DNA of 63,205 bases, filler included. It is 8 parts of 8 records of this genome, joined end to end, with 100 filler letters (N's around TTAATTAATTAA, not from the genome) between each part and the next. Parts side by side here need not be neighbours in the genome. Positions count along the whole stretch, not along the records: positions 32,197 to 39,629 come from SRR31147125_24370; positions 39,730 to 45,962 come from SRR31147125_24387; positions 46,063 to 56,149 come from SRR31147125_24388; 5 more parts are not named here. One strand, 5' to 3'. The translations under genes and the position numbers were made by a program. Numbering within the stretch: the first letter of the stretch is position 1; each line of letters begins with the position of its first letter. Below are positions 35,599 to 46,133 of this stretch, piece after piece. Under the pieces are notes generated by a model. The model had not been told where the DNA came from, did not search any database, and saw only the letters and a list, made by a program, of their open reading frames with translations.

Positions 35599-35618
35599 GA
35601 TAACAATAAGGAACGACG

Positions 35619-36277
35619 ATGACAAAAAAAAATTGGACACAGACCCAAAAAGCGACCTTTGACAGAAAAAACGCCGTCAAAATGGATGAAATCGCCAAAA
35701 CCGTATTTGCCCCCATCTACCCGGTAATCGCAAAAAACGCTCTGGAGATCACCGGGATCAGCAAAGGGATCTGCCTGGATATCGGCAGCGGCCCGGGCAT
35801 GCTCTCCCTCGCCATGGCCGAACAAGCACCGGAGTTGTCGCTGGTGGCATTTGATTTCTCAGAAGATTCAAGACAAATCGCGGAAAGAAACATCCATGAA
35901 GCCGGTCTGGACAATCGAATTAAAACGGCATCGGGAGATGTGCATGAAATGCCTTTTGAAGACGGCATTGCCGATGTGATCGTCAGTCGCGGCTCCCTGT
36001 TTTTCTGGAAGGATCTTGAAAGTGCTTTCAGGGAAATCTATCGAATTCTTGCTCCGAAAGGGGCGACCTATATCGGCGGCGGATTTGGAAGTCTCGTACT
36101 GAAAGACCATGTGGTATCGGAGATGCTGAAAATCGACCCGGATTGGAACTGCTACGCCAAAAAAAGAGTGATGAAGAACACGTGAATCGTTTTGAGAAGC
36201 TGTTTGCCGACATGGGGTGTACGCAGTATCGAATCATCGATGACGAGACCGGTTTCTGGATCGTTCTCAGGAAATAG
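35619..36277 (+). CDS. Class I SAM-dependent methyltransferase; frameshift in the A-run near 36160
   Basis: CLDIGSGPG, GDVHEMPFED, VSRGSLFFW, EIYRILAPKG; continues SDEEHVNRFEK...GFWIVLRK* in the next frame. Confidence 0.88.
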
Positions 36278-36287
36278 ATCAAAAGAT

Positions 36288-36328
36288 AATCTTCTACCAT
36301 ACGCGCATAGCGGGTATGGTAGAAGATT
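36288..36328. terminator. 15-bp inverted repeat between convergent genes
   Basis: AATCTTCTACCATAC-11 nt-GTATGGTAGAAGATT. Confidence 0.65.
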
Positions 36329-36388
36329 GCCTGATGATCGGCCCGATCCCTTTACGGTGTTGAAGGTATTCAAACAAACATATTGGAA

Positions 36389-39300
36389 TTACCGATACAG
36401 AGGGCACCTTTTACCCATGCACCCGCTATTCTCATCTTTCTGGGTGCAAACCAGTGAGTCTTTGGCTCTCAGGGCAATAGGCAGATATTGTTTTGACAAA
36501 ACAGCCGCCCTTTTCAACCCCAGCCAGGAATCACGCTGACAACACCTTGCTGCCGCAAGCCGGCCGATATCTGTTGCCACGGCCTGATTGATCTGCTGTA
36601 TGGTTTTTCGTTTATCCGGAGTCAATGGAGTGGCCTCCAGAATCAGGGAAAACGCAATTCCCACACCCTGGGCCACACCGCAACAGCCCATGAACGCGCA
36701 TGCACCGCCGGCAACGGTTTTTCCCCGGTTTATTCCGGACTCGATGACGGACACGGAAATATTTCCCCCGAGATTGCGATAGGTCGATAATATAATGGCC
36801 GGTATCAGGGAGTGGTGCTCGGGGCCGTTTAACGGCATGGCCGGATGCTGACGGATTTTCTTTAACAATGACATCATGTCCGTCTCATGGGTTGTCAGGC
36901 AGACATGCCTGATGATCTCCAGAGCGTTTTCACTATGGCAGGCATCACAAACAAAATGGCCGTTTTCACACACACTGTTGGCCATAAAAGGGTTATTGCA
37001 ATATGCACAACTCTTTTCCCGATCTTCCGACAAATAGATCAAGGGTGCACCGCACACCATGCATTCGCTTGCCTGCCGGGGGAGAACGACGGAGGCTTGG
37101 AGGGCAGTCGGATTCTCTTTCCCGACTTTTTTGGGCGATGATTGGGGTTCCGGATTAATAAAACAGTTACAGCCATTTTCCGTTTCGATATTGGTCATAT
37201 TGCCGGTGTCATCCAGCATAAAAATTTGATCTCCCAACATCTGTGCATGTTTTCGGGGAATCGACCGCGTTATCCCCGCAGACAACACTTGATCATCCCA
37301 AATGGTGATTTTGGATAATGGCCCCCGGTAGATGACATCCACAAAGTCACAGGCCGCCTCGGGTTTGACTGCGGAATATGTGAGAGAAAAAACATGTGGC
37401 CGGACACCTCGCGGTAGGGAAACCGTTTGATCAGCCGAATCCCTGTGAACCCGGTACCATAGAGTAACGCCGTCAAGTGCCGTTGGGTCATGGCACCGGC
37501 AATGCATTCCCCTCTCAATGTTTCATCGTTCCTGATTTCCGGATCCGGTTCGGTTTCACAAACCACATCCGAAATCACCAGGCGACCGCCGGGGCGCAGT
37601 ACGCGAAGGATCTCGGAATAGGCATGCCTTTTATTGACGGAAAGGTTCATCACACAATTTGAAATCACCACATCCGCACAGTTGTCCTCCATGGGAAGGG
37701 TCTCGAGGTATCCCTTGGCAAACCGGATATTGTTATAGCCAAGGTTCCCACTGACACCCACCAGCCCTTTTTTTGCCAGTTCAAGCATGGGATCGAGCAT
37801 GTCCACACCGGTAACACGGCCGGTGGGGCCGGTCAGACGGGATGCAATGAAACATTCGACACCGGTCCCGCACCCCAGATCCACCACATGTTCTCCGGGA
37901 ACGATATGGGCATCCGACACCGGGCTGCCGCATCCATATCCCCTGAAACGGCTTTTTGAAGGAATGTGAGATATCAAGGATTCCTCATAGGAAACCGGGT
38001 TCAATATCTCATCTTTTTTATCCCCGGCCGCTTGGGCATAAAATGACTTTACAACATTCAAACTGTTGTTTTCCTGGGCAATCGCCAACAGGCAATTGGA
38101 GTGCACCAGGGCGACCTTTCCATGGGCGCCGCAACTATCGAGGATTTCACCCATCCGCAATTTTACCTGTCCATGCCCGTTAAGGGATGCTGACGACGAC
38201 TCCCGGGCCAGAATCCATAACGCCATTTTTTCATAAAGTGCCTGATAGGGGTCATCCCCCATGAATGTCTTCTGATGAATATAGCTTTGATCAATATCCC
38301 CGCCGCCGATTAAAAACCGAAAAGGCGAAGTTGTGGACGCGGCCGAACATTTTCTTATTTTCGTCAGCACGTCACTTTGTCGCCATGCGGTTTCAACTCC
38401 GGAGGAAATCTGTGTTGCCAATTCCGGGATTCCGACCAAAGCGGCAGACGGATAGAGATTTCCGTCAGGCCCGATGGCAACCGATTCCCAGGCCGCTGTA
38501 CATCCGTCATGTATGGTTCCCCTGGGGGCAAACACCTGGGTCTTCAGGGCTTCGATATTGTCAATGGGGATGCCGCAGGATTCAGATGCCGTCATAGCGG
38601 AAACTAAGTTGGAAAAAATCGTATCGATTGATGCGCAGGCAATTTTTTCACCGCGACCACGAACAAAATGCCACAAAAAATGAATATTGCCGGCCCCTTT
38701 TTTTGCACCGAATGTCACCAACTCCGTCATGTCATGGACATTGCCCCGGTTGACACACATGGAAAGCGTATAGGGAATATGCTGCGCCGCTAACCACTCG
38801 ATATTTTCGACCAGTTTATCAAATGCCCCCGGGCCTCTGATCAGGTCATGACGCTTGCCGATGCCGTCGACACTGATCTGCAAATGGAGTCGTTTAAACT
38901 CATACTCTTTTTTGCCCAGAACATCCGGAAGATTCATTCCGTTTGTCAGAACCGCTACATGGGCATCAGGATAAGCAAGCAATCCATGGATGATCTCATC
39001 GATTTCCGGATGAACCAACGGTTCGCCCCCGGTCAAGACAAATACCCGGCTCCCTAAACCGTAAGCCTGGTCGGCAATGTTCAATACTTGATTTGCGCTC
39101 AACTCATCCGCTTCTTTTGGAGATGAAGAAAAAGACAGTGCGAGCAGGCCAGATTACATCGATTGGTGATGTGCAGCCACAGCTCGCTGAGGCGTTCCAG
39201 CTTCAGATAGTCATGTCGCCCGCTATATGCTGTGGGTAAGGTTGAAGGCAGATGGTCGATGAATTCCAACACATCCTGATCATTGCCATTCAATCCGTTT

Positions 39301-39437
39301 GACAGTTTTTGCAATATATCATCCCCTTTTGGGTTTGGGACAAACCAATCCGGGCCATTCGGATGAATATAAACCGGGGTCTCTTCAAACAGTATCCGCT
39401 GCCAGTTTTGTTTTTGGAAATGGGGTTGCGTATCCAT
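36389..39437 (-). CDS. Radical SAM / ArsM-like methyltransferase / Cys-rich DUF5714-like fusion (~1,015 aa); homopolymer frameshifts near 39130 and 37390
   Basis: CNLACSHC, LTGGEP, ISVDG; GYGCGSP, DLGCGTG, SNCVMNL, GECIAGA; CMVC..CAYC..CENGHFVCDACH, GPEHH, GGACAFMGCCG, RCC. Adding one T to each of two T-runs joins the three ORFs. Confidence 0.85.
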
Positions 39438-39729
39438 ATTGTGCTCTTTTCCTCCTTAGATTTCTCCAGAGCGTTGCTATTGTAAAAGCCTACCAAACCC
39501 AATTCTAACCCGATTCATGAATGTTTGAACAGGATTTCCAGGATAAATAAGTACCGTCCCTTAAAAAACCGCATAAAGATTCTGCTGCGTCAGCAATTAG
39601 GCAGCGCATAAAAGCGAAGGTCTCTTTTTNNNNNNNNNNNNNNNNNNNNNNNNNNNNNNNNNNNNNNNNNNNNTTAATTAATTAANNNNNNNNNNNNNNN
39701 NNNNNNNNNNNNNNNNNNNNNNNNNNNNN

Positions 39730-40089
39730 TCCCACTACCTGCCCGCTAAAGGAATGACACAACTATTACAGACCATTGGCAGAGTGAAAAAACAGATCAA
39801 CCCGAACCTTAAAATTGAGGGCGCTTTGCTAACTATGGTGGATAACCGTACTAACTTTGCCAAAGATATTTCTTTTGTTTTGCGCCGGGATTATGGGGAC
39901 AAATTACGTGTCTTTAAAACAGAGATACCACTTGCAATAAAAGCGGCAGAGACAAGTGCGGAAGGGAAAAGCATATATGCTTATGATCCAAAAGGAAAAG
40001 CCGCAGAAGCATATATGGCGCTTACAGAGGAGGTGTTAAGAATTGGCCAAAAACAACATCAGAAACATAAAACTGACATCAGTCGATGA
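39730..40089 (+). CDS. parA: ParA/Soj family ATPase, 3' part
   Basis: NPNLKIEGALLTMVD.RTN, IPLAIKAAE..AEGKSIYAYDP. Confidence 0.9.
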   Translation, partial: SHYLPAKGMTQLLQTIGRVKKQINPNLKIEGALLTMVDNRTNFAKDISFVLRRDYGDKLRVFKTEIPLAIKAAETSAEGKSIYAYDPKGKAAEAYMALTEEVLRIGQKQHQKHKTDISR

Positions 40090-40981
40090 TCTGTTTAGCA
40101 GTAATGGAGGAACCGGCGGCGGAGATAATAATGACCCCTCCGAACAAATAGTTGAAATCCCTATTTCTGAAATAACCGACTTCCCCGACCATCCATTTAG
40201 AGTTGAGCAGAATGAAGCGATGCGAGATATGGTAGAAAGTATCAAGAATCAAGGTTTAGTTCATCCTGTTTTGGTCAGGCCGAAAGAAAATGGTGGTTAT
40301 GAAATGATTGCGGGACATCGTCGGAAAATGGCAAGTGAGTTGGCTGGATTGGAAAGTATTCGTTGCATTGTTCGTGAGCTGTCTGATGATGAAGCCATAA
40401 TAGCAATGGTTGATTCAAACATTCAGCATCGGGAAGATATACGCCCAAGTGAAAAAGCAAAAGCATTAAAAATGAGAATGGATGCTATGCAAAGACAAGG
40501 ACAGCGAAACGATTTAACTTCTCGCCAAGTTGGCGAGAAGTTAACAGCAGATGAAGTTGGGAAAATATCTGGAGACAGCGCAAGACAAGTTCAGCGTTAC
40601 ATACGATTAAACGAGCTTATTCCTTCCCTTCAAAATATGGTTGATGATAAGAAAATGGCATTTAATCCAGCCGTTGAATTATCATTTTTAGATACGGAAT
40701 CACAGAAAAACGTAATAGATGTCATGCAACAAGAAGAATGTACTCCCTCTCTTTCTCAAGCACAGAGAATAAAGAAATACTATCAGGAAGGTAAACTCGA
40801 TAGAAACGTGACTGAGGCAATAATGAGCGAAGAAAAGCCACAACAAAGCCGTGTTGTTTTACCAGCCGACAAGGTACAAAAGTATTTCCCAAAAGGTACA
40901 ACCCCAAAAGAAATGGAAGATATCATTTTTAAACTGCTGGAACAGTATCGCCGAAGGAATCTTGATCGGGGAGCCAGATAA
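40043..40981 (+). CDS. parB: ParB/RepB/Spo0J family protein of the type found on Firmicutes mobile elements
   Basis: SVDDLF, FPDHPF, YEMIAGHRR, MVDSNIQ, RQGQRNDL, QVQRYIRL. Confidence 0.92.
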   Translation: MAKNNIRNIKLTSVDDLFSSNGGTGGGDNNDPSEQIVEIPISEITDFPDHPFRVEQNEAMRDMVESIKNQGLVHPVLVRPKENGGYEMIAGHRRKMASELAGLESIRCIVRELSDDEAIIAMVDSNIQHREDIRPSEKAKALKMRMDAMQRQGQRNDLTSRQVGEKLTADEVGKISGDSARQVQRYIRLNELIPSLQNMVDDKKMAFNPAVELSFLDTESQKNVIDVMQQEECTPSLSQAQRIKKYYQEGKLDRNVTEAIMSEEKPQQSRVVLPADKVQKYFPKGTTPKEMEDIIFKLLEQYRRRNLDRGAR

Positions 40982-41010
40982 TTAAACACTAATTAGACTT
41001 AGGAGGAAAT

Positions 41011-41790
41011 TTGAAAATGAAACTGTTCAAAAACAAAATCGTAATCGGCGTAATATGCATTATTGCAGGTCTGCTGCTAAGCTTTGTTGCTTTACCAGCA
41101 TTACAAGGAAGCAATCAGGAAACTTATTCAAATGTTGTTCGTATGAAGGAAACGGTGCAGGGAGGGACACAGCTGAATTCGGATATGGTTGAGGTGGTTA
41201 AGATACCGGATGATCTCATAAAAGGGAGCATTAACGATATCGCTTCGGTTGCCGGCAAGTACGCCGCTACGGAGCTATACGTCGGAGATTATTTGACCAG
41301 TGAGAAGTTATCGTCTTCACCATCAAATCAAAACGCTTTTTCGGCTGGTACGATCAAAGGTAAAACCGTTGTATCAATTACATTACCTTCTTTTGCATCC
41401 GGCGTTTCCGGAAGGCTACAACCAGGCGATGTCGTGACGGTTATGGCGTTACCCAAAGGTGCAATTGATCAATCATTAGGTGTTGAGCCAGATACATCCG
41501 GTTCCGAAATGGATTCGGGTGTTATCATCTATCCTGAATTAGAGTACGTCGAAGTATGTATGGCAACAGCAAGTGATGGTTCAGACTCCGATGTGAAGAG
41601 TAGCCTTAACAATGAAGAAAATAATAATCTGCCAATAACAGTTTCTTTTTTCGTTGATGAATCCCAAGCATTACGGCTTGTAGAGCTAGAAGAGCAAGGT
41701 AGAATTCATTTGGCTTTTGTCGCTCGCGGTAAAGATACCACAAAGTACATACCGGACTCACAGCGCATATTCAATACGGAGGTGGACTGA
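41011..41790 (+). CDS. cpaB: Flp pilus assembly protein CpaB/RcpC (SAF domain)
   Basis: N-terminal TM, SAF-like VAGKYAATELYVGD, GVSGRLQPGDVV. Confidence 0.8.
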   Translation: MKMKLFKNKIVIGVICIIAGLLLSFVALPALQGSNQETYSNVVRMKETVQGGTQLNSDMVEVVKIPDDLIKGSINDIASVAGKYAATELYVGDYLTSEKLSSSPSNQNAFSAGTIKGKTVVSITLPSFASGVSGRLQPGDVVTVMALPKGAIDQSLGVEPDTSGSEMDSGVIIYPELEYVEVCMATASDGSDSDVKSSLNNEENNNLPITVSFFVDESQALRLVELEEQGRIHLAFVARGKDTTKYIPDSQRIFNTEVD

Positions 41791-41791
41791 T

Positions 41792-42523
41792 ATGCTTATA
41801 TCAATTTGGGGACGTGATGGTATTGGGAAAAGCAAGCTCGCCGATGCTTTAGGTTTCCTTTTTTCCAAGAAAGACACTACTATTGTAATTGATACAGACC
41901 TCACACAACCGACATTACCTGTACGGCTTAATGGTAAGAGGTTTGATTCAGATCATTCGTTAGGCAAAGCTGTATCGGGTATAGGGACATCTTGTGCAAC
42001 TCGATATCTGCATCAGCACCCGAAAAAAAAGCAACTATTCTATGCTGGATTGACAGATAATGATGAATATCTTTCATATGAAATCGGATTAGAAGCGGAT
42101 AACAACGCTCAGGATTTTATCGAAGCATGCAAAGAGGTTGCGAAAGTAGTTATTCTCGATCTATCCGGCCAGAGAACAGACCCCTTTGTCCCCTGCGCTC
42201 TAAGCCATTCAGACAAAATAATAATTCCCATAACACCGAATGTACAAGGAATATGTTGGTATAATGCGGTTAAACCTTTGCTCCAAACCATGAACACAAA
42301 AAAATGCATCCTCCCAGTTACGGCAATGACTGAACGGAACCATGATTTGTCCATAGTTGAAAAAGCGGCGAATTTGCATTTTGCCGTAGAACTCCCCTTT
42401 GTTAAAGAATTCAGACAGGATAGCATAACACCCCCGTCTGACTGTGCATCACTTCCAGCTCTACGGTACGCAAAACAGGTGAAAAAACTTAATTCGCTTT
42501 TGAAAGGAGATGATAAGTCTTGA
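41792..42523 (+). CDS. MinD/ParA-like (CpaE/TadZ-like) ATPase
   Basis: ISIWGRDGIGKS deviant P-loop, VILD; between cpaB and cpaF. Confidence 0.7.
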   Translation: MLISIWGRDGIGKSKLADALGFLFSKKDTTIVIDTDLTQPTLPVRLNGKRFDSDHSLGKAVSGIGTSCATRYLHQHPKKKQLFYAGLTDNDEYLSYEIGLEADNNAQDFIEACKEVAKVVILDLSGQRTDPFVPCALSHSDKIIIPITPNVQGICWYNAVKPLLQTMNTKKCILPVTAMTERNHDLSIVEKAANLHFAVELPFVKEFRQDSITPPSDCASLPALRYAKQVKKLNSLLKGDDKS

Positions 42524-43848
42524 AAACGTTTCGTGAAATTGCCTATGACAAAAACACCGAAACACCTCAGAAACAAAGCCAATATGAATCAATACTTGAT
42601 GAAACCCGAACGTATATTACACAAAACCATTCGGAAGAACTCGCGCAAAGTATTATAACGAAATCATCACTGGATACCGTCAAGGCGGTGATTAAAAAAT
42701 ACGTTGACAGCCATCATCTCCGGCTAGACGGCTTCACCATGCAACAACTGGTCGATAAGTTATATGGTGATATGGTAGGGTTTGGTTTTCTTGATAAGTA
42801 TATCTCCGATGATGAAATTGAAGAGATTAATGGAAACTCATGGCGCGATATTGAGATCGTTACAAAAACTGGTTGGAGAAAGATACCTGAACATTTTCTT
42901 TCCCCGCAGCATGGAGAGGATACGTTGCGAAAAATGGTTCGGTTAGGAGGTCTGGTGCTGGACGGTACAAATCCCATTGTTGATAGTTACATCACACAGG
43001 GGATTCGTATTTCAGCAATGATTCCTCCTGTCACAGATAAACGAAGTGGGGTTGTGTTTTCCATACGTCGTCAACGGATGGCTAGAGTTACGAAAGAACA
43101 ACTTGTTGAATGGCAAACTGCCACACCTGAGATGCTTAATTTTCTCACACTATGTATCAATCACGGTGTTTCCATCGGAATTGCGGGTAAAACAGGAAGC
43201 GGCAAAACAACGGATATTTCTTTTCTCCTCAACATGGCTGATAAGAACAAGCGTATCTATACCATTGAAGAAACACGTGAACTTGATTTATTCAACGAAG
43301 ACACAAACGGCAAAACACAGAATCGCGTCATTCATACTTGCACACGGCCATCAGAGATGAAGAATGCCGATATTGATATGAATGATCTGCTGCGAAAAGC
43401 AATGAGGTTTTCACCGGATATTATCGCTGTCGCAGAAATGCGTGGAGCTGAAGCTATGGTGGCCCAAGAAGCAGCACGTACTGGACATACAGTAGTGACG
43501 AGTCTACATGCTAATTCAGCAAGAAAAGCATATAACCGCATCTTAAGCATGTGCCAGATGTCCGGGACGAATATTTCCACGAGCATTCTCATGAGTTTCG
43601 TCAAAGAAGCATTTCCAATTATGGTATTCAAACGCCAGTTTCCCGATGGAACAAGGCGCATCATGGAGATCATTGAAGTAACAGGTGCAAAGGACGGTAT
43701 AGTCAAGACCAGCACACTCTATCGTTATGATATGCGGAATAAAAAATACGAAAAAGCTAATGGCATATCTGATTCCTTATCAGATATCCTTTGCGAGAAC
43801 GGCGCTGACCGTGCAATTGTAGATACTTACAGGGAGGTAGCAACATGA
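42520..43848 (+). CDS. cpaF: CpaF/TadA pilus assembly ATPase
   Basis: GKTGSGKTT, IEETREL, RFSPD...AEMRG, GHTVVTSLHANS. Confidence 0.92.
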   Translation: MKTFREIAYDKNTETPQKQSQYESILDETRTYITQNHSEELAQSIITKSSLDTVKAVIKKYVDSHHLRLDGFTMQQLVDKLYGDMVGFGFLDKYISDDEIEEINGNSWRDIEIVTKTGWRKIPEHFLSPQHGEDTLRKMVRLGGLVLDGTNPIVDSYITQGIRISAMIPPVTDKRSGVVFSIRRQRMARVTKEQLVEWQTATPEMLNFLTLCINHGVSIGIAGKTGSGKTTDISFLLNMADKNKRIYTIEETRELDLFNEDTNGKTQNRVIHTCTRPSEMKNADIDMNDLLRKAMRFSPDIIAVAEMRGAEAMVAQEAARTGHTVVTSLHANSARKAYNRILSMCQMSGTNISTSILMSFVKEAFPIMVFKRQFPDGTRRIMEIIEVTGAKDGIVKTSTLYRYDMRNKKYEKANGISDSLSDILCENGADRAIVDTYREVAT

Positions 43849-44771
43849 TTTTAAATACTCTATGTGCCTTGTTACTTATAACAGGGTTTTTTTTATTGCT
43901 GGGTATTCATCCATCCACACTATTTGCACCGCTCATACGTCCTTTACAGCGGCGATACGAAAAAAATCAACGCATCCTGCGTATTACAGGCAAACCAAAA
44001 GGCAGAATTGCAAATACGATAGACAGTGCCAAAGAAATGCTTGCAGCAGCAAATATGACAGAAAAAACCAACACTTATAAATGGGCTTCCGTGATATCGG
44101 CATGTATCGGGTTGCTGATTGGATTTGCATTGGATAATCTGCTTGTTGCATTGGTTCTAGCTGGAGGACTAAGCTGTTCTCCTCTTATCGTGATTCGTAT
44201 TCGCACAGGCGATTATTTAAGAAGTCTACATGAAAAACTGGAAAGCGCTATGAGCACCGTCACTAACAGCTATATTTCGTCCAGCGATTTGATTGATGCC
44301 GTTGAAAGCAGCCTGCATTTAATTCCGGCCCCGGTTGAGAGTGTCTTTAGGCAGTTCTATACACAAACCCAACTCGTTAATTCGGATATTGTGAAAGCGC
44401 TGTTGCAAATACGGGATAGGATTAATAACCGTTATTGGCATGACTGGTGTGATGTATTGATACAATGCCAGCGGGATCGGCAAATGCGCTTTGCGTTATC
44501 CGGCATTGTAAGCCGTCTTGGTGAGATGCGGCGTGCGCAAATGGAGACAGATACGACAATACGCAAACATCTGGGTGATTACATCACAACAGTACTGATT
44601 GTTTTAGGCGCTATCCCTTTAATGGGGACAATGATGCCAGATTGGTACACCATGCTGACAACCACACCCATTGGCAAGATTACGTTAGCTGTCATATTGG
44701 CTGCAATTCTTTCTACGGCAATATGGGTGGCTCGGTTATATCGCCCATTAGAAGGTGGTGATACGGAATGA
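43845..44771 (+). CDS. tadB: TadB-like membrane platform protein
   Basis: TM pattern, T2SS-F-like core, MPDWY.ML..TPIGK; coupled to cpaF. Confidence 0.75.
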   Translation: MILNTLCALLLITGFFLLLGIHPSTLFAPLIRPLQRRYEKNQRILRITGKPKGRIANTIDSAKEMLAAANMTEKTNTYKWASVISACIGLLIGFALDNLLVALVLAGGLSCSPLIVIRIRTGDYLRSLHEKLESAMSTVTNSYISSSDLIDAVESSLHLIPAPVESVFRQFYTQTQLVNSDIVKALLQIRDRINNRYWHDWCDVLIQCQRDRQMRFALSGIVSRLGEMRRAQMETDTTIRKHLGDYITTVLIVLGAIPLMGTMMPDWYTMLTTTPIGKITLAVILAAILSTAIWVARLYRPLEGGDTE

Positions 44772-45646
44772 CGCTGATAATCCTTGCGATGACCGCAATT
44801 CTATTTATTTTCGGATTGTATCATATTGCACAGGTTGCCTTTGGTTTACCTTCCGGTCATGTAATTAGTGCGATCAAAAACATTCATGGGAAACATGATA
44901 TGGCTAAGCGGATGCAAGATGTCCTGTTTCCATTAGCCAAATTAATATCGAAACTGGTTCCAATGAGTGAATATAAAGAAATAAGGTTAAAAGAAGATTT
45001 TTCAAGACTAAATATTCAACAAACGCCCCGAGATTATGTTGCAACAGTCATGGCAAAGACTTTGTTGTTAACTGTTATTGGCTTGCTGTTCATTCCGCTT
45101 GGTATTCCTTGGCTTTCCCTGCTGACAACCGCTGCTGCCGTGCTTCTATATTTTCAGAATATGCAATCTGTCCGTAAAAAAGTGGAGGGTCTAAATCAAG
45201 AAATTGAATCAGAGTTGCCAAGGATGGTTGAAACTTTGAATTATTCCTTACAAGATAACCACGATTTGCTATCCTTTTTTGAAAAATACCGAAAAGTCTC
45301 AGGACGGGCGCTTAGCTCAGAACTAGACCGACTAATCATCGGTATGAAAACAGGAAATCAGGAAATAGCTCTTCGAAGCATGGATGCGAGATTAGGTTTA
45401 CCGTCCTTTGCTGCGTTATGCGCCATACTTTGTGGTGTTCACCAAGGTGTTGATCAACGTACAAGTCTTTTAGTTCTTGAACAGGACTTACGTACAAAAG
45501 AAAGAGAAACACTAAGGCGCAAAATGGAAAAACGCCCAGGTCGAATTAAAGCAGCGTCTTTCATCCTCACGATTTTGTTAATATTCATGTTTATGGTTCC
45601 ACTGATACTATTGATCATTAAAAACTTGGAAACCGCTGGTTTCTAA
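44768..45646 (+). CDS. tadC: TadC-like membrane platform protein
   Basis: IESELPRMV, MKTGN.E.AL..M..R, C-terminal TM. Confidence 0.75.
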   Translation: MTLIILAMTAILFIFGLYHIAQVAFGLPSGHVISAIKNIHGKHDMAKRMQDVLFPLAKLISKLVPMSEYKEIRLKEDFSRLNIQQTPRDYVATVMAKTLLLTVIGLLFIPLGIPWLSLLTTAAAVLLYFQNMQSVRKKVEGLNQEIESELPRMVETLNYSLQDNHDLLSFFEKYRKVSGRALSSELDRLIIGMKTGNQEIALRSMDARLGLPSFAALCAILCGVHQGVDQRTSLLVLEQDLRTKERETLRRKMEKRPGRIKAASFILTILLIFMFMVPLILLIIKNLETAGF

Positions 45647-45745
45647 TATATTCATTCTGCTTTATTACGGCGTTGGAAGGAGGGTCGTTTTTTTATTGCT
45701 GTTGCGAAAGCAGAATAATCAATCAAAACGAAAGGATTTAAATCT

Positions 45746-45949
45746 ATGTTGAAAATCAGAAACACTGTTAAACGCTTTATGTCCGAGAAAAAGGCCGAAG
45801 GCTTCCTTGATGTTGCCTTTAAAATTTTAATCATTGTCGTGCTTGGCGCAGCCATTATGATCGTCCTTAACGCTACCATTCCTGGACTATTTCAGGGGCT
45901 CATTGACAAGATCAGCGGTGAATTGACTGGAATAGATGTCTTGCCGTAA
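45746..45949 (+). CDS. Small Flp-like prepilin
   Basis: Basic leader ending KKAEG, then hydrophobic FLDVAFKILIIVVLGAAIM; strong RBS; follows tadC. Confidence 0.7.
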   Translation: MLKIRNTVKRFMSEKKAEGFLDVAFKILIIVVLGAAIMIVLNATIPGLFQGLIDKISGELTGIDVLP

Positions 45950-46133
45950 ATAAAGACCAATGNNNNNNNNNNNNNNNNNNNNNNNNNNNNNNNNNNNNNN
46001 NNNNNNTTAATTAATTAANNNNNNNNNNNNNNNNNNNNNNNNNNNNNNNNNNNNNNNNNNNNTCCAAGTACACGAATATACAAACTTTAATGGTATTTAC
46101 CTTTACTGTCTCGGCGATTTTTCAAGCGATTTA

